Assembly (NCBI GenBank): GCA_963727845.1
Contig: CAVSHI010000006.1
Coordinates: 169,558-233,557, forward strand
Reading direction: 5' to 3'
DNA from: Ignavibacteriota bacterium
GTDB taxonomy: Bacteria > Bacteroidota > Ignavibacteria > UBA10030 > SZUA-254
DNA length: 64,000 nt
Part shown: piece after piece, positions 33,935-42,591 of the stretch
Numbering within the stretch: the stretch's first letter is position 1
Layout of the letters: every line of letters begins with the position of its first letter
Translations under genes and position numbers: made by a program
The notes under the pieces: generated by a model
Database searches by the model: none
What the model was told of the DNA's origin: nothing
What the model saw: only the letters and a program-made list of their open reading frames with translations

Positions 33935-34136
33935 AGGGAAGGCATTTGTTTAACGTAAATAAGAGAAACGCCCTGTGACCGAACCTGCAGGGCGTGAACC
34001 AAAGAATTTCGTAAGAAAATTAAGAAAATATTGATGGAAAAGCAAGCTCCTGGGCAGGTGCATTAATCTCAAAATCCAATGTCATGCCAAACCCCACCTT
34101 CCGTCCTTCCCTTTGGCTGTGCGAGAAAGGCCCAAC

Positions 34137-34290
34137 GTCATGCTGACACCTTTCTGGTCAGCATCTAAACCTAGGCAGCCAACGCATAGATCCCGACCAG
34201 AAGTGAGTGCCTCTGGCGCCATCCCGCTCCGCGGGACATGTCGGGATGACGCTTCGCGTCGGATCCTGACCAAGAGCAAGTCAGGATGAC
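34137..34290. repeat. GTCAT...ATGAC palindrome cluster with a nested insert
   Basis: GTCATGCTGAC...GTCAGCATCT; AGATCCCGAC-[insert]-GTCGGGATGAC; GGATCCTGAC-CAAGAGCAA-GTCAGGATGAC. Confidence 0.7.
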
Positions 34291-34364
34291 GGATTCGTCT
34301 ATTTTTTGTGCAGTCTTATGCAAGAGGGAATTTCAAACCGAAACACAGCTCCGGATCGACGGAA

Positions 34365-35705
34365 TTACTCGACTTTCAGGTTGTATTCTTTGATCTTGAG
34401 ATAGAGGGTTTTGGAACTGATGCCGAGTGCGTCGGCGGTCATTTTGCGATTGCCTTTGAAAACCTTCAGCACTTTTTCGATGTGCTGCTTCTCAAGATTG
34501 TCGAGGTTGAAGGTGGCAGTCGGGGTTTCGACCTGTTGGTCCCTGAGGTGCAGGTCGGCAATATCGATTGTCTCGCCGCGCGAGAGGATGATGGCCCGCT
34601 CGATGACATGCTCCAGCTCGCGGACGTTTCCGGGCCAGTCGTACATCATCAATGCCTCGAGCGCTTCCTTGCTGAGTTTCTTGGATTCTTTCGATTTCGT
34701 CTTCTTCTTCAGAAAGTATTCGGTGAGCAGCGGGATATCATCCCGGCGGTTCGTGAGCACCGGCATGTAGAGCGTAATAACGTTGAGCCGGTAGAGGAGG
34801 TCTTCGCGGAAGCGGCCAGCCCGCGCTTCTTCCGGGAGATTTTTATTTGTTGCCGAGAGAACCCGTACGTCGGCGGTCAATTCGACTGTGCCGCCGACGC
34901 GGCGAAAACTTCCCGTTTCCAGAAAACGCAGAAGCTTCGGCTGGATGACCGGACTGATATCGGCGACCTCGTCGAAGAAGAGCGTCCCGCCATTTGCGAC
35001 TTCGGCGAGACCCGGTTTCGCGGTGTACGCGTTTGTAAAGGCTCCCTTTTCGTGCCCGAACAATTCGCTTTCGAGAAGTGAGTCGGGGATTGATGAACAA
35101 TTCACGGGGACGAACGGACGGTTTCTTCGCGGACTGTGGCGATGGATGAGGTGCGCGATGAGTTCCTTCCCCGTTCCGCTCGCGCCCTGGATCAAGATGA
35201 TGGAATCACTCTCTGCCACTCGCTGAGCGCGCTCGATAATCTCCAGCATCGCCTTGCTGTTTCCGATGATCTCGAACGTTCCCGTTTTTCGCGAAAGCTC
35301 CTGCTCCATGAGCTTATTGTCGATGGAGAGTTTCTTCCGTTCGATGGCACGCTCAATGGTTTGCTCGATCTGGTCGATGTCGTAGGGCTTGGCGAGCACT
35401 TCGTACGCGCCGAGCTTGGTGGTCTCGACAGCCATTTTCACATCGGCATACTGGGAGAGGATGATAACCTGGGAGGCGGGAGAGTGTTCCTGGATGAACT
35501 GGAGCACTTCGGTGCCGCTCACGCGCGGCATCTTGATGTCGAGAAGCACGACATCGTACAATTTTTTCTGGATGAGGTTGATGGCCTCGGCGCCATCAAA
35601 GGCTAAGTCGATTTCGTATGATCCTGATTCCTGCAGTTCCTCCCTGAGCATTGTCGTCAGCGACGCTTCATCGTCGACGATCAGAATATTGTAGCGTTGC
35701 GCCAT
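34365..35705 (-). CDS. Sigma-54-dependent response regulator (AtoC/NtrC family)
   Basis: Receiver, GASGTGKE, ESELFGHEKGAFTNA, WPGNVRELE, Fis HTH. Confidence 0.92.
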   Translation of the reverse strand: MAQRYNILIVDDEASLTTMLREELQESGSYEIDLAFDGAEAINLIQKKLYDVVLLDIKMPRVSGTEVLQFIQEHSPASQVIILSQYADVKMAVETTKLGAYEVLAKPYDIDQIEQTIERAIERKKLSIDNKLMEQELSRKTGTFEIIGNSKAMLEIIERAQRVAESDSIILIQGASGTGKELIAHLIHRHSPRRNRPFVPVNCSSIPDSLLESELFGHEKGAFTNAYTAKPGLAEVANGGTLFFDEVADISPVIQPKLLRFLETGSFRRVGGTVELTADVRVLSATNKNLPEEARAGRFREDLLYRLNVITLYMPVLTNRRDDIPLLTEYFLKKKTKSKESKKLSKEALEALMMYDWPGNVRELEHVIERAIILSRGETIDIADLHLRDQQVETPTATFNLDNLEKQHIEKVLKVFKGNRKMTADALGISSKTLYLKIKEYNLKVE

Positions 35706-35738
35706 CTCGGGGCTCCTTCTTCGGCGGCGAAGGAGACT

Positions 35739-36107
35739 TTATTCGGTCAGCACCCGCTCTATCGTCGTCAGAAGGTCGACAAGGTCGTACGGTTTGCTGA
35801 TGAAGTCTTCGGCACCAAGTTTCTTTGATTCAATCGCATTCTTGAGGTCGGCGAATGCGGTGAGCATGATAACTTTCAACTGAGGGTAGTTCTTTTTGAT
35901 GAACTTCAAGACTTCAAATCCATCGACCTTCGGCATTTTGATGTCGAGGAGCACGAGATCGAACTTCTTGTTTTGAACAATGGAAATTGCTTCATCCCCA
36001 TCTGAAGCAGATTCAACCTGATATCCCTCGCTTGCAAGCTCGCTGCTCAGGACCGTTCGAAGAGCTTCTTCATCATCGACAACGAGAATGCTATGTTGAT
36101 TTTGCAT
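35739..36107 (-). CDS. Stand-alone response regulator receiver protein
   Basis: LVVDDE, LLDIKMP, MLTA, ISKP; AAGGAG upstream. Confidence 0.9.
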   Translation of the reverse strand: MQNQHSILVVDDEEALRTVLSSELASEGYQVESASDGDEAISIVQNKKFDLVLLDIKMPKVDGFEVLKFIKKNYPQLKVIMLTAFADLKNAIESKKLGAEDFISKPYDLVDLLTTIERVLTE

Positions 36108-36327
36108 CCAGGACTCCTTCCGCAAATAGTGCTAAATAATCAAAGAATTGGTGGTGCTAACGTGTGGCAAGGTAATGAAAACAAAGCAAAAAGTCAACTT
36201 CGACCGCGGTTGCATTTTATCGTGATGCAACTGGTTTCTTGTCCCAATCCTGAGATTTCAAAGGGATTTTCAGAATATTCCATGAAATCTGGCCGGACGA
36301 AAGTGCGCGCATCTACAGGTTGAGCAG

Positions 36328-36402
36328 TCGGGATGCCGGGATTTGAACCCGGGACCTCCTGCGCCCAAGGCAGGCGCGCTAGCCAGGCTGCGCTACATCC
36401 CG
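36328..36402 (-). tRNA. tRNA-Pro(UGG); CCA not encoded
   Basis: CGGGATG acceptor stem, anticodon arm CCTGC-CTTGGGC-GCAGG, GGTTCAAATCC T-arm; upstream TTGCTA-17-TATATT promoter. Confidence 0.96.
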
Positions 36403-36455
36403 TTTCTTATTGGCACTAAAATATAGTGAAATCAATCCCAAGTAGCAATAGACTC

Positions 36456-38498
36456 TTATCTGCCTTCGGCAATCAGGCACGTGAGGAACCGTACACCATT
36501 TAACCACTCGAACATCCACACCTCAATCCATTTCAACGGGTTCCACACGTGGAGATACCACTGCCGCCAAATGCGCTGGGCGTACGACCTCGTGTACGAG
36601 GCCACGAACGGGTTCCGCTTCCTCAGCCAGAGCGTAACCGCCGAGGGGACTTTGATATCAGGCATTTGGTCGTGAAGTTTCTCGTAGAGATCCACGAGTT
36701 CCCTCACCTTGAGATCTCGCCAGTCAACGACCCGATTCGTCGAGTCGAGGATATCCTGCTTCGTCCTGGCGACAAGTTCCTGAAGGGCCTCCTCGGTTTT
36801 GCTCTTCGGCCGGCTCCTGAGCCAAACCTCTTCGAGCTCGAAGAAGAGTTTAGCGATTCCTCCTAAGCGGGAACCGGTAGCCTTGAGCCGTCCCCACCAG
36901 AACGGAAGGAATGCCTCGAGCGGCCATCCGGATCGCCTGTCCCGCCGGTACCGGACTGTCCAGAAACCGCAATTCATCGGGTGCAGGCGCTCAATCCTCG
37001 ACGCATAGAGGTATGCTGCGTAGAAGAAGAGCTTGCCCCAGTAGTACCGCCTGTTGTGTCGCCAGACCTTGAGGACATTGACCATGTGCTCGATGGAGTA
37101 GAACTGCTCCCATGCTTTGTTGTACGCCTGCTTGAGCTCGTCGCGTGTCATCCGCTCCGGCGCTACGGCAACGTGGGCCGAATCGTACGTGTTAAAATCC
37201 GGATCCATCCACTTCCGCCCTCGCCACCAATCTTGATGGTCCTTTGAGCCGGGCAGGGGCGACAAGATGTAGAACGAGGCAGAATCAAATCCCATCCGCT
37301 GTAGCTCCGAAATATCCTGTCCAATGCTTTCAGGGGTGTCAAACGGAAGTCCCAGGATATAACCCGGATGGGTCGCAATCCCGAGCGAGTGGCAATGCGC
37401 GACAAGATCCTTGTATTCGCTGACCTGATTCTGGAACTTCGCCTGCGAGCGGAGATTTTCGCGGTTGACGCTTTCCACACCGAAGAAAACCTGGTCGCAG
37501 CCTGCGCGTGCAGCAAGTGCGAAAAAATCTCCACCGGGCATTTTGCGTGCCGCGAGGTCGCTTTGCATCATGAACGTGAACGGGATTTTTTCTTCCTCGC
37601 GCAGGCGGATGAGACCCGCAAAAATGTCGCGCCAGCGCGGGTTTCGAGCCAAATTATCGTCCGTAAAAAAGCAGTGTGTGACACCGGCGTCATAATAACT
37701 CCGACGAACAAACTCGACGATCTGTTCCGGATCCCGCCATCTCATCGTCCGGCCCTGCACGTTGATGATGGTGCAGAAGTCACAAGTGAAAACGCATCCC
37801 CTTCCGGTATCAAGAGTGCTGTACGGCGAAGCGAATCCCCGGAAGTCTTCCTTCGTGAAGCGAGGCATCGGCAAGTTCATGAGGTCCGGTGTCGGATTTA
37901 AGAAGTTGTAGAGCGGTTGTGCCTGTCCTTTGACTATATCTTCTACGACAGCGGGCAGCCGACCGCCCTCGACCTCCCCGGCGACAAGGATGATTCCGTT
38001 CAGCATCGCACTTCTGAGATCGGCCGTAAGACTGATCATTGAGAGCATCCCGCTCACGTGGAATCCGCCGATCAAGACAGAAACTCCATGAGGAAGAAAC
38101 CAGGAAGCAATGTCCTGCGCTCGCGGGTACTGATTCGTTTGTACCCCAACGAGCATGACAAGTGATTTCACACCGTGGACTTTCGAGCGCTTCAGGATTT
38201 CCTTTACAGGCACACGCTGAATTGCCTCATCGATCAAGCGGACATTAAGAGACATGTGTTTGAAGAAGGGATAGTTCACAAGGTCGCGCGCGAGAGTGCC
38301 CATCTGCGTCAGGGTGTTGCTGCGGATGACCCCGATCCGCGTCTGGATCGGATAACCGTCATCTGTGTAATTGGTCGGACGGATAAGTGTAATATCTAGC
38401 TCTTCTGTCCCATAGGTGGCGCGACCTTCCGTTTGTCCAAATTGAACTGACCGGGGGTTCATTGATGAAGACGCTTCCTGCATGTGACTTCTTCCCAT
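36456..38498 (-). CDS. Radical SAM protein with N-terminal B12-binding-like domain and long C-terminal extension
   Basis: GRGCVFTCDFC (CxxxCxxC), FFTDDN, FFGVES, YILGLPFDT, PLPGS. Confidence 0.85.
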   Translation of the reverse strand: MGRSHMQEASSSMNPRSVQFGQTEGRATYGTEELDITLIRPTNYTDDGYPIQTRIGVIRSNTLTQMGTLARDLVNYPFFKHMSLNVRLIDEAIQRVPVKEILKRSKVHGVKSLVMLVGVQTNQYPRAQDIASWFLPHGVSVLIGGFHVSGMLSMISLTADLRSAMLNGIILVAGEVEGGRLPAVVEDIVKGQAQPLYNFLNPTPDLMNLPMPRFTKEDFRGFASPYSTLDTGRGCVFTCDFCTIINVQGRTMRWRDPEQIVEFVRRSYYDAGVTHCFFTDDNLARNPRWRDIFAGLIRLREEEKIPFTFMMQSDLAARKMPGGDFFALAARAGCDQVFFGVESVNRENLRSQAKFQNQVSEYKDLVAHCHSLGIATHPGYILGLPFDTPESIGQDISELQRMGFDSASFYILSPLPGSKDHQDWWRGRKWMDPDFNTYDSAHVAVAPERMTRDELKQAYNKAWEQFYSIEHMVNVLKVWRHNRRYYWGKLFFYAAYLYASRIERLHPMNCGFWTVRYRRDRRSGWPLEAFLPFWWGRLKATGSRLGGIAKLFFELEEVWLRSRPKSKTEEALQELVARTKQDILDSTNRVVDWRDLKVRELVDLYEKLHDQMPDIKVPSAVTLWLRKRNPFVASYTRSYAQRIWRQWYLHVWNPLKWIEVWMFEWLNGVRFLTCLIAEGR

Positions 38499-38767
38499 GC
38501 TTGTGATAGAAATACTGTGGCTATTGAATTCGATTTTTAGGCACAGCGCTATCTATTATATACTGAAAGTTCTTTTCTTCTGCAACAGAATTTGAGATGT
38601 AGTCCCTTTTTCATCCCTCTGGACTATTGCGCTTAGGGCATGTCTTCGGTAACTTTAATGGGGGATAATGTCCAACATTATCCAGTCGTTTCTTCCAATC
38701 TCAGTAGAGCTTGAAAGTTTCGAGGAACGATATGTTTTCATCAGTTAAAATCAAAGGACAACCGATT

Positions 38768-39073
38768 ATGAAAAAGTCTAAGTTCAGTCTCTTCCTGCTT
38801 TGTGCCGTCGTCTTCGTGGGCATAATGCTCTCCTCCATAAACTGCGCGGCCGGGGACCATGAATGGCAGTGTTGGTGTTAATATCGGCGATCAGCCTATT
38901 TGGGGACCGACAGGATACGATCGCGCTGATTACTTTACTGCTACATTCCCGATATAGATTCCTACTACTCCGTCTCCGAACACCAGTATATCTATAGGGA
39001 TGGATCGGATTGGAAACATGGCGCATCATTGCCATCCAGTTACGGTAATTATGACCCGTACCATTCCTACAAT
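38768..39073 (+). pseudogene. Frameshifted, truncated Bacteroidota-type secreted hypothetical protein
   Basis: Signal peptide MKKSKFSLFLLCAVVF, then [19 protein letters not shown] and [18 protein letters not shown]...[11 protein letters not shown] in shifted frames. Confidence 0.65.
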
Positions 39074-39323
39074 AAGAATACATCAACAAGCTATGTAGAA
39101 CGCCAAAATCTTACCATGCGCATGAGCATGAGACGCTTTACAAGACTAACCAATGGCTTCTCAAAAAAGATCGAAAATCATGAGTTTGCGATTGCTTTGC
39201 ATTTTATGCACTATAACTTCGTGAGAACAAATCCATAAGACTCTAAGAGTGACGCCCGCTATGGAGGCAGGGGTGACAACAAAATTGTGGCAAATTGAGG
39301 ACCTGGCTAGCCTGATAGAATAG
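39074..39323 (+). mobile_element. IS1-family transposase, 3' remnant (frameshifted)
   Basis: [33 protein letters not shown]...YNFVR, then [25 protein letters not shown] in another frame. Confidence 0.85.
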
Positions 39324-39440
39324 ATGTGGCAAAAATGCAACTTTTTGGTCATTTCTTTCGTTATTAAGGATGTGATGCAGTATTTTCTCCGGTGTCAATT
39401 GGATTTGTTTTAATCAACTAAATTTAATAGATTGTATGCC

Positions 39441-39692
39441 ATGTCGGACGAAGTGTTAAATATGAATAAAGATCACGCGTGCTTTCGGACGGACTTCCTC
39501 TTTCCCACTCCGAGCTTTCTCAAAGGAATGGGAACAGTGTTGAATCTGGGGGGAAACTATTATAGTTGGAATCGGTCGGATACACCAGAAGAAGCTGACG
39601 CAAGAGGATTGAAATGTGATTGGGCGATTGTGGGAGAAGATATTCGGAGGGCATTTTCTCACTTCATCTCTCGGGAATGGCAGAACAAATAA
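39441..39692 (+). CDS. Small hypothetical protein, cargo gene 1 (alternative start 39462)
   Basis: FLFPTPSFLKGMGTVLNLGG...PEEADARGLKCDWAIVGEDIRRA; overlaps the next gene by 16 nt. Confidence 0.75.
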   Translation: MSDEVLNMNKDHACFRTDFLFPTPSFLKGMGTVLNLGGNYYSWNRSDTPEEADARGLKCDWAIVGEDIRRAFSHFISREWQNK

Positions 39693-40159
39693 TAGAACAA
39701 CATACCGAGGCAGTAGAACTACCCCAGCAAGTTAAAGAAGCCCTCGAACGAATCCCCAAAGAAAAACGCAACGATGTTCTTCTCTACATTACCCGCCTTG
39801 AAAGATTTTCTGGAATTTTGCCCCCACCACAATTACTTGAGCATTACGAACAAATTCTACCTGGATTAGCTGAACGTATAGTCTCTTTGGCAGAGAGGCA
39901 AAGCGCTCATCGCATTTCTATGGAAGGCAAAGTCGTAGGTGGCCAAGTATGGGAGAGTCGCATCGGTCAAGTGTGTGGTCTGATTATCGCCTTAGTTGGA
40001 CTCGGATTAGGAGCATACTTGGGAATGAATGGCCATGAAACTCTTGGTGGTGTAATAGGCGGCACGCCTCTGGCGGGCCTTGTGGGTGTTTTTGTTTATG
40101 GTAAGAAACAACAAAAGACAGAATTGGCAGAAAAATCAGGCAAGCAGAGAAAAAAGTAA
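39677..40159 (+). CDS. DUF2335-like membrane protein, cargo gene 2
   Basis: FSGILPPPQLLEHYEQILPGLAERIVSLAERQSAHR followed by two TM helices. Confidence 0.8.
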   Translation: MAEQIIEQHTEAVELPQQVKEALERIPKEKRNDVLLYITRLERFSGILPPPQLLEHYEQILPGLAERIVSLAERQSAHRISMEGKVVGGQVWESRIGQVCGLIIALVGLGLGAYLGMNGHETLGGVIGGTPLAGLVGVFVYGKKQQKTELAEKSGKQRKK

Positions 40160-40269
40160 ACACCAATCTCTATTAGTCAGCCGCACCCCCTCCATTCCGA
40201 CACAGTTACGCGATTCACAAGTTTTTTCCAACTCAATTTTTGCCCCCCATAGAATTGGCGATTCCGAGC

Positions 40270-40290
40270 ATTTCAAACTGAGACACTACC
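40270..40290 (-). mobile_element. Probable right terminal inverted repeat of the IS1-family element
   Basis: Minus strand GGTAGTGTCTCAGTTTGAAAT; GGT start as in IS1 ends, and resembles ends I recall for this transposase group. Confidence 0.65.
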
Positions 40291-40392
40291 CACGACAATC
40301 CAACCTTGATTTTTATCGTTTTTTTTGGCTCATTATACCATTGGAAACTCGAACCCACAGATTCGCAACGATGTCTCTCCTCTGCCCCGGGA

Positions 40393-42588
40393 ATGACCTT
40401 TCTTAATCCGTTAGTCCTCTTCGGGCTTGCCGCCGCAGCTATACCGGTCATCCTCCACCTGCTGAACCTCCGGAAACTCCGGACGATAGAATTCAGCACA
40501 TTGACGTTTCTCAAAGAACTTCAGCAAACGAAGATCCGGCGCCTCAAGATCCGGCAAATCCTGCTGCTCGTGATACGAACCCTCCTGGTCGTTTTCCTCG
40601 TGCTTGCCTTTGCACGGCCCGCGCTCCAGGGCTCGCTGGTCGGTCACATCGGCACGCACGCGCACTCGTCCGTCGTGTTCATCTTCGACAATTCGTTCAG
40701 CATGAAAGCGGCGGATGAATACGGCGACTACTTCAAACAAGCAAAGGAAACGGCAGGACGTTTGATCGACTTGCTCAGTGAAGGGGACGAAGTATTCCTC
40801 ATAAAACTCTCAGAACTTCCCCAGGCCACCGTCGAGCCGGCAACCCATGACTTTAACGCCTTGCGAACGATCATCAGGGAATCTCACGTCTCCCCGATTC
40901 GCCGGTCCATAGAAGATGCGATACGTCTCTCCGCGAAACTCCTCGCCGAATCGAAGAATGCCAACAAGGAGGTGTACATCGTCAGCGACCTCCAGCGAAC
41001 CCTCTTTCCCGTCGACCGCATGCAGGGTCAATCCCGCACACCGGCTCTCTTTGACGACCGCGTGAGATTCTTTGTGGCGGACATCGGGACGAAAGTCGCA
41101 TCAAACGCGGCGATCGACTCGGTTGAAGTGATGACTAAAATACTCGAAGTCAACAAGCCTGCCACGGTGTACGCTTCGGTGAGAAACTTCAGCAGCTCGG
41201 CATTACACAATTATGTTGTGAGTGTCTTCCTCGACGGCGTCCACGCCGCGCAGGGCAATGTCCAGGTCGAGCCGTGGGGCTCTGCATCGGTGAACTTCAC
41301 ATTGACTCCCAAGAGGGCCGGTTTCCTCAAAGGATATGTGGAACTCGAAAACGACGCTCTCGATGAAGACAACACGCGCTTTTTCACCATGTCAATTCCA
41401 AAACGCATTAACGTTACGATCTCGTCAAACAGCAAGGATGAGGCACGGTATCCTCTCCTTGCCCTCGGAGGCAATAACGGGGAAGGAGAGAATTCGCTGC
41501 TCAATGTGCAACACGTTGAATCTCAAAAATTCTCTTTCGTGGATTTGAAGAACGTGGATGTGCTGGTTCTGATGGGTACGAAATCGCTTTCGTCGGGGAC
41601 GGTCGACCGCATCAGGGATTTTGTTCAACGAGGCGGCGGGTTGATCTTGTTCCCCGGCGCCGATTTTCAATCGAGTGATTTCAATGCAGGTCTTCTGCCG
41701 GCGCTGTCCGTGCCGCCTGTCGAATCGGTGATGTCGTTCGACGCTCAGAGCACAATTTCATTTCAAAATGTCGATTTCGACCATCCTCTGTTTTCGACCG
41801 TTTTTGAAAAATCCTGGAAGGGTGCGCAAAACAACAAGCGGGCAATTGAATCGCCGTCGATCCTGAAGGTACTAAAGCGGCAGACCGGAGTTCAGGGCCG
41901 CTCGATCATCACACTGAGCGACGGTCATCCATTCCTCTCCGAGCACAACGCCGGTGAAGGGAAAATTCTTTTCTATTCAGTCGCTCCGGTTCCGACGTGG
42001 TCCGATTTCCAGTTGAAGGGAATCTTTGCACCGCTCATGTACAGGTCGGTCCTCTACGTGTCTTCGCGTGAACAGTCCCAGGCATCCTCTACCGTGGGCG
42101 ACGAAGCTTTCATCAGAATTCCGGGGAATGCGGCAATCGGGACGGGGGAATTCACTCTTGTGGCGCCGGACGGGGGCGAGGAGTACGTCCGCCCATCGGT
42201 CTCTCCGCAGGGAAGGAAGATGGCCGCATCATCCGAAGGGAGATGGATCCAACGAAAACTTATGTTGCCGGGAATCTATGAAGTCCGGAACGGTTCAACG
42301 CCGGTTTCGGTTCTTGCGGCAAATGTGGATGCGCGCGAATCTGACGGGAGGCGGATTTCTGGCGACGAGCTTTCGGAGTTCTGGAAACGGTTTGGCGTTC
42401 AGTCGTCATTCGTTCGCTCCCTCGGACACGGTGAACAACTCCAGTCAGCGGTCATGCAGTCCAGGTTCGGAGTCGAATTGTGGAAGTACCTGATCGGGCT
42501 CGCGCTCCTGCTCGCGCTGCTTGAGATGTTCGTGGCCCGCGACAGCAAAAAAGAAGCGCAGTCATTGTTTCCAACAACGGGGTCGTAG
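40393..42588 (+). CDS. BatA N-terminal / VWA domain membrane protein
   Basis: MTFLNPLVLFGLAAAAIPVILHLL, LAFARP, DNSFSM MIDAS, VSDLQ, C-terminal ELWKY-TM. Confidence 0.88.
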   Translation: MTFLNPLVLFGLAAAAIPVILHLLNLRKLRTIEFSTLTFLKELQQTKIRRLKIRQILLLVIRTLLVVFLVLAFARPALQGSLVGHIGTHAHSSVVFIFDNSFSMKAADEYGDYFKQAKETAGRLIDLLSEGDEVFLIKLSELPQATVEPATHDFNALRTIIRESHVSPIRRSIEDAIRLSAKLLAESKNANKEVYIVSDLQRTLFPVDRMQGQSRTPALFDDRVRFFVADIGTKVASNAAIDSVEVMTKILEVNKPATVYASVRNFSSSALHNYVVSVFLDGVHAAQGNVQVEPWGSASVNFTLTPKRAGFLKGYVELENDALDEDNTRFFTMSIPKRINVTISSNSKDEARYPLLALGGNNGEGENSLLNVQHVESQKFSFVDLKNVDVLVLMGTKSLSSGTVDRIRDFVQRGGGLILFPGADFQSSDFNAGLLPALSVPPVESVMSFDAQSTISFQNVDFDHPLFSTVFEKSWKGAQNNKRAIESPSILKVLKRQTGVQGRSIITLSDGHPFLSEHNAGEGKILFYSVAPVPTWSDFQLKGIFAPLMYRSVLYVSSREQSQASSTVGDEAFIRIPGNAAIGTGEFTLVAPDGGEEYVRPSVSPQGRKMAASSEGRWIQRKLMLPGIYEVRNGSTPVSVLAANVDARESDGRRISGDELSEFWKRFGVQSSFVRSLGHGEQLQSAVMQSRFGVELWKYLIGLALLLALLEMFVARDSKKEAQSLFPTTGS

Positions 42589-42591
42589 ACG

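Noticed and set aside
36328-40290. tRNA-anchored genomic island
   Set aside because: The accessory DNA lies on the 5' side of the tRNA; no integrase and no duplicated tRNA 3' end were seen
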